Positions 23,525-34,655 of a stretch of DNA of 64,000 nucleotides are shown piece after piece. Origin of the DNA: an uncultured delta proteobacterium (GTDB lineage Bacteria > Desulfobacterota > Binatia > UBA9968); assembly GCA_963745835.1 (NCBI GenBank), contig CAVUZH010000004.1, positions 32,001 through 96,000 on the forward strand, given 5' to 3'. The number at the start of each line of letters is the position of its first letter. The stretch's first letter is position 1. A program made the position numbers and the translations under genes. The notes under the pieces are model-generated. The model was given only the letters and a program-made list of their open reading frames with translations, was not told the origin of the DNA and did not search any database.

Positions 23525-24031
23525 CTATCGCAGCAGCTTTTCTACCAAAGGAGCGCGTTGCGTGCTGATGCCGTCGTATTCTTCCTGCTCGATATAGTCC
23601 TTGCGCAGGGGATATCCCTCCCAATCTTCAGGCAAGAGAATCCGGCGCAGATCGCTATGGCCTTCGAAGATAACCCCAAACAGATCGAAAATCTCGCGCT
23701 CGAACCAATTGGCAACCTTCCAAATATTCTCAACAGTCGCGATTTTCGGATTATCTCGAGGCAGGTCGACTTTGAGGATAATTTGGTGCTTGCCGCTGTA
23801 AGAATAAAGATGATAAACGAGCTGGATTTTTTCTTCCTTAGGCCAGTCCACTGCCGTTTGATCCGACAGCACCTCGAACTTCAAGTCGGCATCATCACGT
23901 AGAAAGCGGCAAACCTCGACGATCTCTTCGGCCCCGACGAATAGATAAGGTTCCGGCACATCGCCCTTGAAACCGCTGACTTTTCCCGAAAATTGCTTTT
24001 CGAGTCGCGAAAAAATTTCAGCTGGTTGCAT
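23525..24031 (-). CDS. nuoC: NADH-quinone oxidoreductase subunit C
   Basis: ANWFEREIFDLFG, GHSDLRRIL, YPLRKDY. Confidence 0.95.
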   Translation of the reverse strand: MQPAEIFSRLEKQFSGKVSGFKGDVPEPYLFVGAEEIVEVCRFLRDDADLKFEVLSDQTAVDWPKEEKIQLVYHLYSYSGKHQIILKVDLPRDNPKIATVENIWKVANWFEREIFDLFGVIFEGHSDLRRILLPEDWEGYPLRKDYIEQEEYDGISTQRAPLVEKLLR

Positions 24032-24033
24032 AC

Positions 24034-24546
24034 TTAGGCCTGAGCCGCAGACTCCGGCTCACTATTTGACTTCACCAGCCAGCGCTCACGCATCATCTTA
24101 TCTTGAATCCGCAACAAACCTTCGGTCAGCGCCTCTGGCCGCGGCGGGCATCCAGGCACATAGACATCGACAGGAACGATCTTATCGACACCCTTGCACA
24201 CCGAGTAGGCCAGCTGGAAAAGGCCGCCACAGTTTGAGCAGCTACCCATCGAAATCACATACTTTGGATCCGGCATCTGATCGTAAAGAAGTTTGGTCCG
24301 CTTGGCCATTTTATAAGTCAGTGTTCCGGCAACGATCATCAGATCGGATTGCCTTGGAGTCGCCCGGGGAACGGCGCCGAACCGATCCAAATCGGCCCTC
24401 GGCCCGCCGGTTTGCATCAATTCGATGGCGCAACACGCTAAGCCGAATAGCATATACCACTGTGAAGATGCCCGCCCCCAGTTAAGTAGGTCATCCACTT
24501 TGGTGGTAAAAACCGTTTCCGGCAGCGAATTAATTAGTGGTTTCAT
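24034..24546 (-). CDS. nuoB: NADH-quinone oxidoreductase subunit B
   Basis: [31 protein letters not shown]. Confidence 0.97.
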   Translation of the reverse strand: MKPLINSLPETVFTTKVDDLLNWGRASSQWYMLFGLACCAIELMQTGGPRADLDRFGAVPRATPRQSDLMIVAGTLTYKMAKRTKLLYDQMPDPKYVISMGSCSNCGGLFQLAYSVCKGVDKIVPVDVYVPGCPPRPEALTEGLLRIQDKMMRERWLVKSNSEPESAAQA

Positions 24547-24567
24547 CGAACCCTCCGAAGATCGGCG

Positions 24568-24954
24568 CTATGCCCTAACCTTCTTGATCCAGTCGAGATC
24601 ACCTTTAACCCACGAATAAATCAGACCCAGGAATAAGATCCCGACAAATATGAATATTTTGATAAACGCGAATAGTCCCTCGCCGCTTTCGATAAGATTC
24701 CGAAAGACCACGGCAACGGGGAAAATAAAGGCAATTTCCACCTCAAAGATAATAAAAATGAGTGCTACGAGATAAAAACGAATATTGAAATTGACCCAAG
24801 CACTTCCCGTGGAGGGCTCGCCACACTCATAGGTCGACAGTTTACGAGCCTGAGGATTTGCCGGCCGAAGCAGACGCCCGATCAACAGGTTCACGCCGAC
24901 GAATCCAAGCCCTAATGCCGTAAACACCAGGACATTAGCAAAATCAAAAAGCAT
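24568..24954 (-). CDS. nuoA: NADH-quinone oxidoreductase subunit A
   Basis: [29 protein letters not shown]; likely start MLFDFANV. Confidence 0.93.
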   Translation of the reverse strand: MLFDFANVLVFTALGLGFVGVNLLIGRLLRPANPQARKLSTYECGEPSTGSAWVNFNIRFYLVALIFIIFEVEIAFIFPVAVVFRNLIESGEGLFAFIKIFIFVGILFLGLIYSWVKGDLDWIKKVRA

Positions 24955-25162
24955 TGTAGGTTTCTGCGGTAAATACTTAAAGAAAGGTAACGTTTCCTTA
25001 TAACCATAAAAGCCATTGAGAATCAACCTTCGAGAACGCCGGTTCGGCCTCATGTATTTGCCATTGCTAGCTTTTTTGAATAGAGTCGTGCCGATCTCAA
25101 GCTTAACAGCTTGATACAAACAAACATTCCACCAGCGAAGGCAGACCGCGCCAAGACCTTCC

Positions 25163-26128
25163 ATGAAACCCACCATAAACTGGAACATCAGCGTAATCGT
25201 CCTGCTCGTTTTCCTGATGTTCGGGGCCGGAGAGTCGCGAAGTCAAACTAAACCCACCCCTGTGCGTGTTGCCTATAGCGCGCTATCAGCCGGGATTGGG
25301 GTCCTCTGGCTGACCCACGAGCAAGGGATTTTCCGCAAACATGGCTTGGAATCGAATCTGGTATATATGCGCAGCGGCACTACTGCGGCACAAGCGTTAC
25401 TAGCGGGTGAGATCCAGTTTGGCCATCTTTCACCGGCGCCCATGATGACGGCGTGGGCTCAGGGCGCCGATATCGCTTGGGTGGGAACGACCATCCATCA
25501 AATGGTCTTTACTCTCATCACGGATGCAACCATCACCAAAGCAGCTGATCTCAAGGGAAAGAAACTCGGCATTACTCGCATCGGTTCGGCAAGTGATCTC
25601 GCCTTGCGCACGGCTTTGGAACATCTTGGGCTGGGCATCAAAGATGTTGCCGTGATCTCGATGGGAGGTATCCCGGATATCCTTGCCGGGATGCGAGCCG
25701 GAGCCATAAATGGAGGAATTCTATCCCCGCCCACTTCAACGGCTGCCCGCGAGCTGAGCTATCGCCCGCTTGTTCACATCCCCGATCTGGGCAAGGAATT
25801 TACTTTTTCAGGCATTGCGGCAAAAAGGACGTTTGTTCAAGGCCAGCCCAATATCGTCAGAGGCTTTATGGCAGCGCTTACCGACGGCGCGAAAATCTAC
25901 AAAGAAGACAACCGTGCGGCGGTCAGGGTTTTACGAAAATACCTGCGCGCCGAAGACCGGACACTCGAAGCGGGCTACAAAGAATACGACGCAGCCATTT
26001 CCAGTCCGCCCTATCCGGGTCTTAAAGCGTTGGAAGCTGTGCGCGACAGCTTGGTCGATTCAACGCCGCAACTCAATAAAATTGATTTGAAAATGTTCAT
26101 CGACGATCGTTTCGTAATGCCGCGTTGA
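25163..26128 (+). CDS. ABC-type substrate-binding protein, NMT1/THI5/SsuA-like
   Basis: Signal peptide; [25 protein letters not shown]. Confidence 0.85.
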   Translation: MKPTINWNISVIVLLVFLMFGAGESRSQTKPTPVRVAYSALSAGIGVLWLTHEQGIFRKHGLESNLVYMRSGTTAAQALLAGEIQFGHLSPAPMMTAWAQGADIAWVGTTIHQMVFTLITDATITKAADLKGKKLGITRIGSASDLALRTALEHLGLGIKDVAVISMGGIPDILAGMRAGAINGGILSPPTSTAARELSYRPLVHIPDLGKEFTFSGIAAKRTFVQGQPNIVRGFMAALTDGAKIYKEDNRAAVRVLRKYLRAEDRTLEAGYKEYDAAISSPPYPGLKALEAVRDSLVDSTPQLNKIDLKMFIDDRFVMPR

Positions 26129-26219
26129 ACAACTGCGCAAGCAAGTCCGGCCAACGGAGAGAATCGGGACCCTTGTATATTTCATTTTGAACCTTTTCTT
26201 GCCGCCTCGGGAGGGCCGC

Positions 26220-27431
26220 ATGAGAATCGAAACAGAACGAAAAATGAAACGCTGGCGCGATCAGCGCTGGATATTGGATCAGGTCATCCAAGCGCGGGGG
26301 ATCGACTGGGACCAGGGACGGACGGGTAAAATTCTACGTAACTGCGGCCCGGGGGTTCAAAGCGATCTTCAAGAAGTTTGCCGAAGAATCCAGAAGTTCG
26401 TTGACATCTCGCGCGAATTCGCGCGCGCCGCAACCCGCCGGGAACAGCAAGCACGTGAAGCCGAAGCCGCAGGACACCTGCCGGAAGCGCGCGAACATTT
26501 CTATATTGCGGCGTGCTTCTACACCAATGCGATGTGGGCGGTGTATGAAGACAGAAATCCCCAGAGGATTAGCTGGCAAGAGAAAAAACGCGCCTGTTAT
26601 GACAAATTCATTCGCTACGCCGGCCGTCCCATCGAGCGGGTAGAACTTCCCTGCCAAGGCAAACTCATCCATGCACTCCTGCACTTGCCTTCCGGCATCA
26701 AAGCTGGCGAGGAAGTGCCGTGCGTCATGTACATCCCAGGAATGGATGGTGTCAAAGAGGACAATCCCGCAACCGGTGATCCATTTCTTGAACGCGGCAT
26801 CGCCGTCTTCGCCATTGATGGCCCGGGTCAGGGCGAGACGCGTGAAGGCGGGCTCACCTGCACTGCATCGAATTACGCCGATGCCGGCAAGCTTGCATGT
26901 GATTACCTGGTCAAAAGACCGGAAATTGACTCCAGCCGGCTTGCGATCCTGGCTTCAAGCATGGGCTCCTACTGGGCGCCGCGAGTGGTGGCCGAAGAAA
27001 AACGTTTCAAGGCCTGCGCGGTGAGCGGCGTTTGCATGGAGCCGGGGCAGTACGCCATTTTCAACATGTCATCACCGACATTTAAGCTTAACTACATGTA
27101 CATGTCCGGATATGACGACGAAGCTGCGTTCGATGAGTTTGCCAAGTCCCTGACTTTGAAAGGCGTTACAGCCAAGATAACTTGCCCATATATGGTCGTT
27201 GCTGGCGAAGACGACGAGCATTGCGATATGAAGTTTGTCTATGAACTCATCGGTGAAATTCCCGCTCCAAAACTTTTATACGTATTCCAAGGAGAGCGGC
27301 ACTCGATCCGCAATCCCCGTGCGCGATCCCTGTTGATCAATTGGCTGGTCGATCGGTTGCTAGATAAACCGTTTAAGTCGGAGAAGATCTTTGTCGATAC
27401 CAGTGGCAAAGAGATCCATTCAGATTGGTAG
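26220..27431 (+). CDS. Alpha/beta hydrolase (FrsA/2,6-dihydroxypseudooxynicotine hydrolase-like)
   Basis: PGMDGVKE, DGPGQGE, nucleophile elbow SSMGSY, late GERH. Confidence 0.8.
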   Translation: MRIETERKMKRWRDQRWILDQVIQARGIDWDQGRTGKILRNCGPGVQSDLQEVCRRIQKFVDISREFARAATRREQQAREAEAAGHLPEAREHFYIAACFYTNAMWAVYEDRNPQRISWQEKKRACYDKFIRYAGRPIERVELPCQGKLIHALLHLPSGIKAGEEVPCVMYIPGMDGVKEDNPATGDPFLERGIAVFAIDGPGQGETREGGLTCTASNYADAGKLACDYLVKRPEIDSSRLAILASSMGSYWAPRVVAEEKRFKACAVSGVCMEPGQYAIFNMSSPTFKLNYMYMSGYDDEAAFDEFAKSLTLKGVTAKITCPYMVVAGEDDEHCDMKFVYELIGEIPAPKLLYVFQGERHSIRNPRARSLLINWLVDRLLDKPFKSEKIFVDTSGKEIHSDW

Positions 27432-27504
27432 CCCGAATCAGTCCTCATGGCCATAAGGAAATCTTCCATACCATTAACACAATGACCGGCTTATCTCAGG
27501 TAAA

Positions 27505-28668
27505 TTGATGCGCATTGCATATGGGGATCTGATCGGCGGGATCAGTGGCGACATGTTCGTCGCCGCGCCCCTGGACCTGGGGCTGTCTTTTGATGTTCTC
27601 AATCGGGAATTGCGAAAAATCCCCACACTGAAATTCGAACTCGATGTTGTAAAGAAAACCGTCCACTCAATCGCTGCGACCGGTTTTCAGGTAAAGCCGC
27701 CGAGCAATGAAGCGCCGCGCTCCTGGAAACAGATTCGCCAGCTCCTGGAGACAAGCGAATTGGCCCAAGAGGTCAAAGAAACCAGCGTCAAGATCTTCCA
27801 CCGTTTGGCCGAGGCCGAGGGAAAAATCCACGGCGTAACTACGGAAGAAGTTCATTTTCATGAAGTCGGCGCAACCGATTCGATCGTCGACATCGTCGCA
27901 GCTGCAGTGGGCTTTCACGAGCTGAAGATCGACGCTGTACATTTTTCCAAAGTACCGCTGGGACGCGGTCTGACGCACAGCGGCCATGGTCCGTTGCCGG
28001 TCCCGGGTCCTGCGACTCTAGAGCTGCTCAAAGGCATTCCGGTTCAGTGGACTGCGCTCGAAGGCGAAACCGTCACTCCCACGGGAGCCGCGATCATGTC
28101 CGTGTTAGGGACCAGCTTTGGCGAACAACCCAGCATGACGGTGGAAAAGATCGGTTACGGCGCCGGACAAAAAGAATGGCCCGATCGTCCGAATCTGTTT
28201 CGGCTTGTCCTCGGCGCCAGCATCGGCTGGCGGCAAGAAGAAATGCTCGTCATCGAAACCAACATCGACGACATGAACCCGCAGTTTTTCGAACATGTCA
28301 TGGATCGGCTATTCGAGGCCGGCGCTCGAGATGTCTTTTTCTCGCCGATTCAAATGAAGAAAAACCGTCCCGCCGTGCTGGTGCGAGTTATCGGTGAGCC
28401 GCGCGATCGGGACAGGCTGGCAAGGATACTATTCGAGGAAACAACCACCATTGGCCTGCGCTATCATTCCGTGGGCCGCATAATCCTCAACAGAACCGAG
28501 GCAACGATCAAAACACGCTTTGGCGATGTGAAGGTAAAAATCTTTCAGGAACCCGGCGGCGAAAGGCGCATCAGCCCTGAATACGACGATTTAAAACGGA
28601 TCGCCATCGAGAAAAAAATCCCGCTCAACGTTCTGCGGGACGAGATCGTCAAAGGCTTCAAGGATTAA
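27505..28668 (+). CDS. larC: Nickel pincer cofactor biosynthesis protein LarC
   Basis: GISGDM, VHFHEVGATDSIVDI, PVPGPATLELL, ETNIDDMNP, MKKNRP, PEYDD. Confidence 0.95.
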   Translation: MMRIAYGDLIGGISGDMFVAAPLDLGLSFDVLNRELRKIPTLKFELDVVKKTVHSIAATGFQVKPPSNEAPRSWKQIRQLLETSELAQEVKETSVKIFHRLAEAEGKIHGVTTEEVHFHEVGATDSIVDIVAAAVGFHELKIDAVHFSKVPLGRGLTHSGHGPLPVPGPATLELLKGIPVQWTALEGETVTPTGAAIMSVLGTSFGEQPSMTVEKIGYGAGQKEWPDRPNLFRLVLGASIGWRQEEMLVIETNIDDMNPQFFEHVMDRLFEAGARDVFFSPIQMKKNRPAVLVRVIGEPRDRDRLARILFEETTTIGLRYHSVGRIILNRTEATIKTRFGDVKVKIFQEPGGERRISPEYDDLKRIAIEKKIPLNVLRDEIVKGFKD

Positions 28669-28845
28669 CGATGCCGTGCGTATGGCCAAATGCGACGGCG
28701 TGCTCGACTCGTCCTCGGGAAGGTCCTCGCTTGGGCATCGGATAGTACCATCAAGAGGCTGTTCTCTATCGTGGAATCAAGAGAGGGAATGAGAAGAAGG
28801 CCACTTCATCCATCCGAGCTTCCCGCCCGTTTGGAAAATAGGCGA

Positions 28846-29571
28846 TCACCTAAGTGGTCGCTCACATAACACCGAATCTATGATCCGAAGATCAAATTGC
28901 TCCGCAAAAGAGTACGCGGCTTTATTGTAAGGATCTTCAGATGCGGCTACGAACGGCAATTCTCCAGCACATCTTACTGCAGTGAGTGTCGAAAGAGCTT
29001 CACGGTTGGTCTCCGCCGCCAGCGGGACGCCGCTTTCGAGCCGGTTCAAAACATAACCAAGAACGCGCAGACCTTTGCAGCGGGCGTGTTCGAGCGTCAG
29101 CAACAGATGATTGATCATACCGAGACGATTGGCGGCAATTACGATAACCGGAAGTTTGAGAACTCTGGCCAAGTCGGCGTAGGTATAGCTGGGTAATAGT
29201 GGCACCATCAGTCCGCCAGCGCCTTCAACAAGAGTGACGTCGTGACCTGAACTGATCTCGTCATAAACATCCATCAATCTATTGACTTCCAGTGTGATGC
29301 CTTGGCGTTGTGCCGCCACACTGGGCGCCAGCGGTTCACGCAATTGATAAGGACATATTTTGTCCAGCGGATCTTGAGAGGCGGAGGCCTCTTTCAAAAG
29401 AATGGCGTCTTCGGGATATAGTCGACCCTGTCGTTCGGCGCAGCCGCTTTCCGCCGGCTTCATCACGCCGACCCGATATCCGGACTCACGCAGAAGAGCC
29501 GCCAGCTTGCACGCGAAGAAGGTTTTGCCGACGCCGGTGTCTGTGCCGGTGATGAAAACTCCCTGTCCCAT
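28846..29571 (-). CDS. bioD: Dethiobiotin synthase
   Basis: ITGTDTGVGKT, VEGAGGLMVP, LGMINH. Confidence 0.97.
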   Translation of the reverse strand: MGQGVFITGTDTGVGKTFFACKLAALLRESGYRVGVMKPAESGCAERQGRLYPEDAILLKEASASQDPLDKICPYQLREPLAPSVAAQRQGITLEVNRLMDVYDEISSGHDVTLVEGAGGLMVPLLPSYTYADLARVLKLPVIVIAANRLGMINHLLLTLEHARCKGLRVLGYVLNRLESGVPLAAETNREALSTLTAVRCAGELPFVAASEDPYNKAAYSFAEQFDLRIIDSVLCERPLR

Positions 29572-30929
29572 CAGTTTTCCGTCACGGCGTGGATAGACTC
29601 GTAAACCGTATCCAAAAGTAAAGCGAGCTCGGCATCCGTAACCGATAGCGGTGGCATCAATATGATGATGTCTGCCAGGGGTCGGATCATGACATTGCGT
29701 TTGCGCGCTTCGATAATCACTTTGTGACCAATGCGCTTTTCAGCGGGATAACTTTTGCGGCTGGCCTTATCCTCGACCAGCTCGATGCCGACCATGAAAC
29801 CCCATTGGCGCACATCGCTGATGTGCGCCAATGGCAGAAACTCTTCTCCGAGCCGCTGGTTTAGATACGAGATTCTCGGCTGCATGTTGTCGACGATGTT
29901 TTCTCTCTGGAATAACTCGAGATTCGCAAGCGCCGTCGCACAACCGAGCGGATTGCCCGTGTAAGTATGGCCGTGAAAAAAGGTTTTATAGTCTTTGTAG
30001 TCACCTAAGAAGGCGGCAAAGACTTGTTCGCTGGTTAATGTCGCTGCCAGTGGCAGGTAGCCGCCGGTGATTCCTTTGGCCAGACAGACAATATCGGGCC
30101 TTACTCCAGCGTGATCGCATGCAAACATCTTTCCGGTGCGACCAAAACCCGTCGCTACTTCATCAAGAACCAACAGAATTCCATAGCGCCGGCAGATTTC
30201 ATCGAGCGCTTTCAGATATTCCACGGGTTGGGCCCACATCCCCGCGGCTCCCTGCATAAGCGGCTCCACGACCAGAGCGGCCAGTGTATTTCTATTCTCG
30301 CTAATTTTTTTCTCCGCTTCATCGACAGCCGCATTAAGCGCCTCATCTCCGCTCAATTTCTGGTAGTAGCGAAAGACATGCGGCGGCGTGATTCGCACCA
30401 CCGGAAACAGCAGGCTCTTGTGATAACGATGAAAGGTTTCAGAATAGCCCATGCTCATGGAGCCGATGGTATCGCCGTGGTACGACTCCGCCAGCGTCGC
30501 AATCAGGGTGCGCTTGGCTTGTCCTTTTAATTGCCAGTACTGGACCGCCATTTTGAGAGCCACTTCGACTGCCGTGGCGCCACTGTCGGAATAGAAAACC
30601 CGCTGCAGTCCTGGAGGAGCCACTTCGATGAGCTTTTGCGCCAACTCAATGCCGGGCACATGGCTCAGGCCGAGAAATGTCGAATGGGAAATGCGGTCGA
30701 GCTGGCCGCGTATGGCATCGTCGAGCTCTTTTTTGCGATGCCCGTGAACGTTGCACCAAAGTGATGAAACTCCATCGAAATACCTGCGGCCGTTAATGTC
30801 GATCAGGTAATGCCCTTCGCCTTGGCTGATAATGCAGGGCTCCTCACGGATCCATTCCTGCATTTGCGTGAACGGATGCCAGAGGTGGCTATGATCCAGC
30901 TGCTTGAGGTTGTCGTAGTATTGAGTCAT
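29571..30929 (-). CDS. bioA: Adenosylmethionine--8-amino-7-oxononanoate transaminase
   Basis: LWHPFTQM, SSLWCNVHGH, DEVATGFGRTG, AKGITGGYLPL. Confidence 0.97.
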   Translation of the reverse strand: MTQYYDNLKQLDHSHLWHPFTQMQEWIREEPCIISQGEGHYLIDINGRRYFDGVSSLWCNVHGHRKKELDDAIRGQLDRISHSTFLGLSHVPGIELAQKLIEVAPPGLQRVFYSDSGATAVEVALKMAVQYWQLKGQAKRTLIATLAESYHGDTIGSMSMGYSETFHRYHKSLLFPVVRITPPHVFRYYQKLSGDEALNAAVDEAEKKISENRNTLAALVVEPLMQGAAGMWAQPVEYLKALDEICRRYGILLVLDEVATGFGRTGKMFACDHAGVRPDIVCLAKGITGGYLPLAATLTSEQVFAAFLGDYKDYKTFFHGHTYTGNPLGCATALANLELFQRENIVDNMQPRISYLNQRLGEEFLPLAHISDVRQWGFMVGIELVEDKASRKSYPAEKRIGHKVIIEARKRNVMIRPLADIIILMPPLSVTDAELALLLDTVYESIHAVTEN

Positions 30930-30942
30930 TGCGACGTGATCG

Positions 30943-32098
30943 CTAATGAACCGCTGCGAATGCCTCGAGCGCTCGATCTATTTGATCCGATGTGTGTGTC
31001 GCCATAAGCGTGATCCGCAACCGCGACGTTCCTGGCGGCACTGTCGGTGGACGAATGCCCTGAGCAAAAATACCGCGATCGAGCAATCGATCCGAAAGGC
31101 GCATACACTCATCGGCATCGCCGATCATCAACGGCAAGATCTGACTTCGGCTGTCACCCAGCGAATATCCTAATCTCGCCAATCCATCTCGCACTCGCGC
31201 GCAATTATCGCGCAACACACGCCGTCTCTCGGGCTCGTGCTTGATCAATTCAAGAGCGGCAATGCCCATTGCCATGACAACAGGCGGCAGCGATGTTGTA
31301 AATATAAAACTGCGGCAACGATTAATCAGCAGCTCACGCAGCGCCACGCTACCCGCGACGTATGCGCCAAACCCTCCCAGCGCTTTGCCGAGGGTTCCCA
31401 TCTGCACGAGTACGCGCTCGCCTAGACGCAATTGCGAAACGAGGCCGGCGCCGTCCGGTTCGTACACCCCCGTGGCATGCGCCTCATCGACCATGGTCAT
31501 GGCATCGTATCTTTCCGACAGCTCGACAATCTCGTTTCAGCGGCGCTTCGTCTCCGTCCATGCTGAAAAGGGATTCGGTAACGATCAACTTACGCGAGCT
31601 GCGCGGCGCGTGTTTCAGGCCATCTTCCAGTTGATCGACATCGCAATGCCTGTATACGACGATTTTCGCTCGCGATAGGCGGCAACCGTCGATGATGCTG
31701 GCATGATTGAGCGCATCGCTGAAAACCACATCGCCATCGCCGACCAGAGTCGGGATGATCCCTGTGTTGGCCTGGAAGCCGGAATTGAAGACTAATGCCG
31801 ACTCGGTTCCCTTCAATTGAGCAAGCTTGATTTCAAGCTCTTCATGCAGAGTCATGTTCCCGGAAATCAGACGCGACGCGCCCGACCCGCAGCCGTAACG
31901 GCCGATCGCATCCGTTGCGGCTTTTCTCAGGGCCGGGTGATTGGCCAATCCCAGATAGTTGTTTGACGAGAAGTTTAACACTTCGCGCCCATCGACCATC
32001 AAAGTCGGGCCTTGGTCGCCCTCTACAGACCGAAGACGGCGAAATAGCGACGCCGATTTGAGAGCTTGCAGTTCGTCCTGAATGAATCCCGGCATCAT
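30943..32098 (-). CDS. bioF: 8-amino-7-oxononanoate synthase; frameshift near 31536
   Basis: FSSNNYLGLA, NHASIIDG and FSMDGD, then VDEAHATG, GTLGKALG and IRPPTVP in a shifted frame. An extra A in a homopolymer explains the shift. Confidence 0.93.
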
Positions 32099-32190
32099 TT
32101 GGTGTGAACTAATAATACAGAGGTACTGTCACCGCAAGACGAGATCGCGATCGATCGATCGGCAGTTGATTGAAACCACGGTAGAGACGT

Positions 32191-32851
32191 TCACGCAGCC
32201 GACAGGCTCTGTAGCTTCCGCTTAACCAGTTTCAGCTCGGAAGCAAAACGACGGTACTCTTGCTCGCGCTCGTCGTTGTCGCGCTGCCGAAGAATGGCAG
32301 ATGGATGAATCGTGACAAAGGTAAGTTTACCGAGAACGGAGTCCATGAACTTGCCGCGCTCTTTCATGATCGCGTACAGACTTACCGGTAACCGACTGTG
32401 CGGCCGTAGCGCCGAGGCAGACAAGAATCTCGGGCTGCACTACTTCTATTTCGACCTCGAGCCACGGCCTGCATGCAACAACCTGGCGAACAGAAGGCTT
32501 CTGATGCAGGCGCCGCTTGCCACGCCAGATCCACTTAAAGTGCTTCACCGCATTGGTCACGTACACTTCATTGCGGGAAATGCGCGCGACTTCCAGCGCC
32601 CGGTCAAGCATGCGGCCGGCTGGCCCTACGAAGGGTTCACCTTTTTGATCTTCTATGTCGCCAGGCTGCTCACCCACCAGCATCACACTTGCATGGCGGG
32701 GCCCATCGCCAAAAACGGTCTGAGTAGCATTGAGGTAGAGATCACATCCTTTGCACGATTTTGCCGCCTGCCGGAGAGATTCAAGCGAACGGTTCCGGGG
32801 CAAGAAATCGCTGGCCGAAATGTTTCCAGCTTTTTCGGTCACCACATGCAA
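32191..32851 (-). CDS. udgX: UdgX-family uracil-DNA binding protein (family 4 UDG fold); frameshift near 32375
   Basis: CKGCDL, GEQPG, TNAVKHFKW, R-loop GKRRLHQKP, ACRPWL; TIHPSAILR is in the shifted frame. Confidence 0.85.
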
Positions 32852-33018
32852 AGCCTATCACTTGCATAGTTTGAGTCTAGATAGCTGGCTCGTATAATTT
32901 CATCATGCAGGATCGACCCGGTGATTGCGCCAATTTGTCCTGACAACACCCGCTTGGTTTGCTACTTTCGCTCGCACTGGATTAAACTCTTCTGACAAAC
33001 TTATTGGATAGAAGATAA

Positions 33019-34381
33019 ATGGCCAAACCCAAAACATTTTACGCCTGTCAGAGCTGCGGCTATCGAGCGCCCAAGTGGCTGGGCAAATGTCCCGACTGCA
33101 ATCAATGGAACACCTTTGCTGAGGAGAGGCTTGAAAGAGCAACCAGCGTACGCGGTGAACTCAGCCTCGGAACCAAAGAAGATCCGGCGCCGATTCATGA
33201 AATCAACACGGCAGAAGAAGGCCGGCTGCAATGTGGAATCGGCGAGTTCGATCGAGTATTGGGGGGCGGTCTGGTGCCGGGATCGGTTATTCTCATCGGC
33301 GGCGATCCCGGCATTGGCAAATCGACCCTGTTACTGCAGGCATTTGCTGCTATAAGCCAGCAAGGACTTACTTGCCTTTATGTCTCGGGCGAAGAATCAC
33401 CGCGGCAAATCAAAATGCGCGCCGAACGATTGGGCATCGTCGCACCCAATTTGCTCGTTCTCAGTGAAACCTCTTTGGAGAGAATCATAGAGCATGTCAA
33501 GCACATCCAACCCGGGCTGCTTGTCATCGATTCGATCCAAACTATTTTCAGTCCCTCGATTCCATCCGCGCCCGGCAGCATAGCCCAGGTGAGAGAGAGC
33601 TCTGGCTCAATCATCGTGCTGGCAAAAAAGACCGGGCTAACGACTTTCTTAATCGGTCACGTCACTAAGGACGGCGCCATCGCCGGCCCGCGGCTGCTCG
33701 AGCACATGGTCGACACCGTGCTCTATTTCGAGGGCGAGCGCGGCCATTCGTTCCGCGTGCTGCGCGCCGTTAAGAATCGCTTCGGCTCGACTAATGAAAT
33801 CGGCGTATTTGAAATGAAGGAAGCGGGACTCAAAGAGGTTAGCAATCCCTCCGAAATCTTCTTGATGGAGCGCCCGCTTCAGGTCCCGGGTTCGGCGGTG
33901 GTCTGCAGCATCGAAGGCACACGACCTATTTTGATAGAGCTCCAGGCGCTGGTGAGTCGATCGTTCCTAGCCGTGCCTCGGCGGACGACGATCGGCGTAG
34001 ATCACAACCGGGTCGCTTTGCTCGTCGCGGTTCTTGAAAAAAAGATGGGCGCCAAGCTTTTCGATCAGGATATTTTCGTCAACGTTGCCGGCGGCGTTCA
34101 TGTCGACGAGCCGGCGGTCGACCTCGGGATCGTCGCTGCAATCGCTTCGAGCAGCCGCGAGAACGTTCTCGATCCGAAAACAGTTTTTTTCGGAGAAGTC
34201 GGACTGGCCGGAGAGATCCGGGGCATCTCTCAAGCCGAAACCCGAATCAAGGAAGCAGGAAAATTAGGCTTTGAACGATGCATTCTTCCCGCCAGCAACA
34301 GCGCGCAACTCAAACATATCAAACATCCCAAATTGTCGCGGCGTGAGCTCCCTGAACGAGTGCTGGAAGGTGATGTTCTAG
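33019..34381 (+). CDS. radA: DNA repair protein RadA/Sms; C-terminal frameshift near 34336
   Basis: C4 zinc finger, GDPGIGKST, KNRFG. An alternative frame gives the typical tail GVSSLNECWKVMF* ending at 34381; the ORF as sequenced runs to 34557. Confidence 0.95.
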
Positions 34382-34569
34382 ACATTGATTTATTGTGGGG
34401 AGCGTCGATGGTGGTGATCCACCGTCAATCCAAATGCGCTATGCGCGTGCGAGTGAAAATCGCATTGAGAAACCGGGCGATCGTTTTAGATTTTGGCTGC
34501 TCATCATCAATCCTTTCACCACATCCTCTTGTATCCGAAACCATGCTTGGTTATTAATAATACCGCCGT

Positions 34570-34655
34570 GCCGGAGTGGTGGAATGGCAGACGCGCCGGA
34601 CTCAAAATCCGGTAGGGGAAACCCTGTGTGGGTTCAAGTCCCACCTCCGGCACCA
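34570..34655 (+). tRNA. tRNA-Leu(CAA)
   Basis: Acceptor stem GCCGGAG/CTCCGGC plus ACCA, anticodon loop CTCAAAA, long variable arm, T-loop GGTTCAAGTCC. Confidence 0.96.

Noticed and set aside
22375-24546. Group 4 NiFe hydrogenase
   Set aside because: The large subunit lacks both CxxC nickel-binding motifs and has NuoD quinone-site motifs.
32100-32140. BirA operator upstream of bioF
   Set aside because: Only a partial half-site (TGTGAAC) with no matching inverted half.
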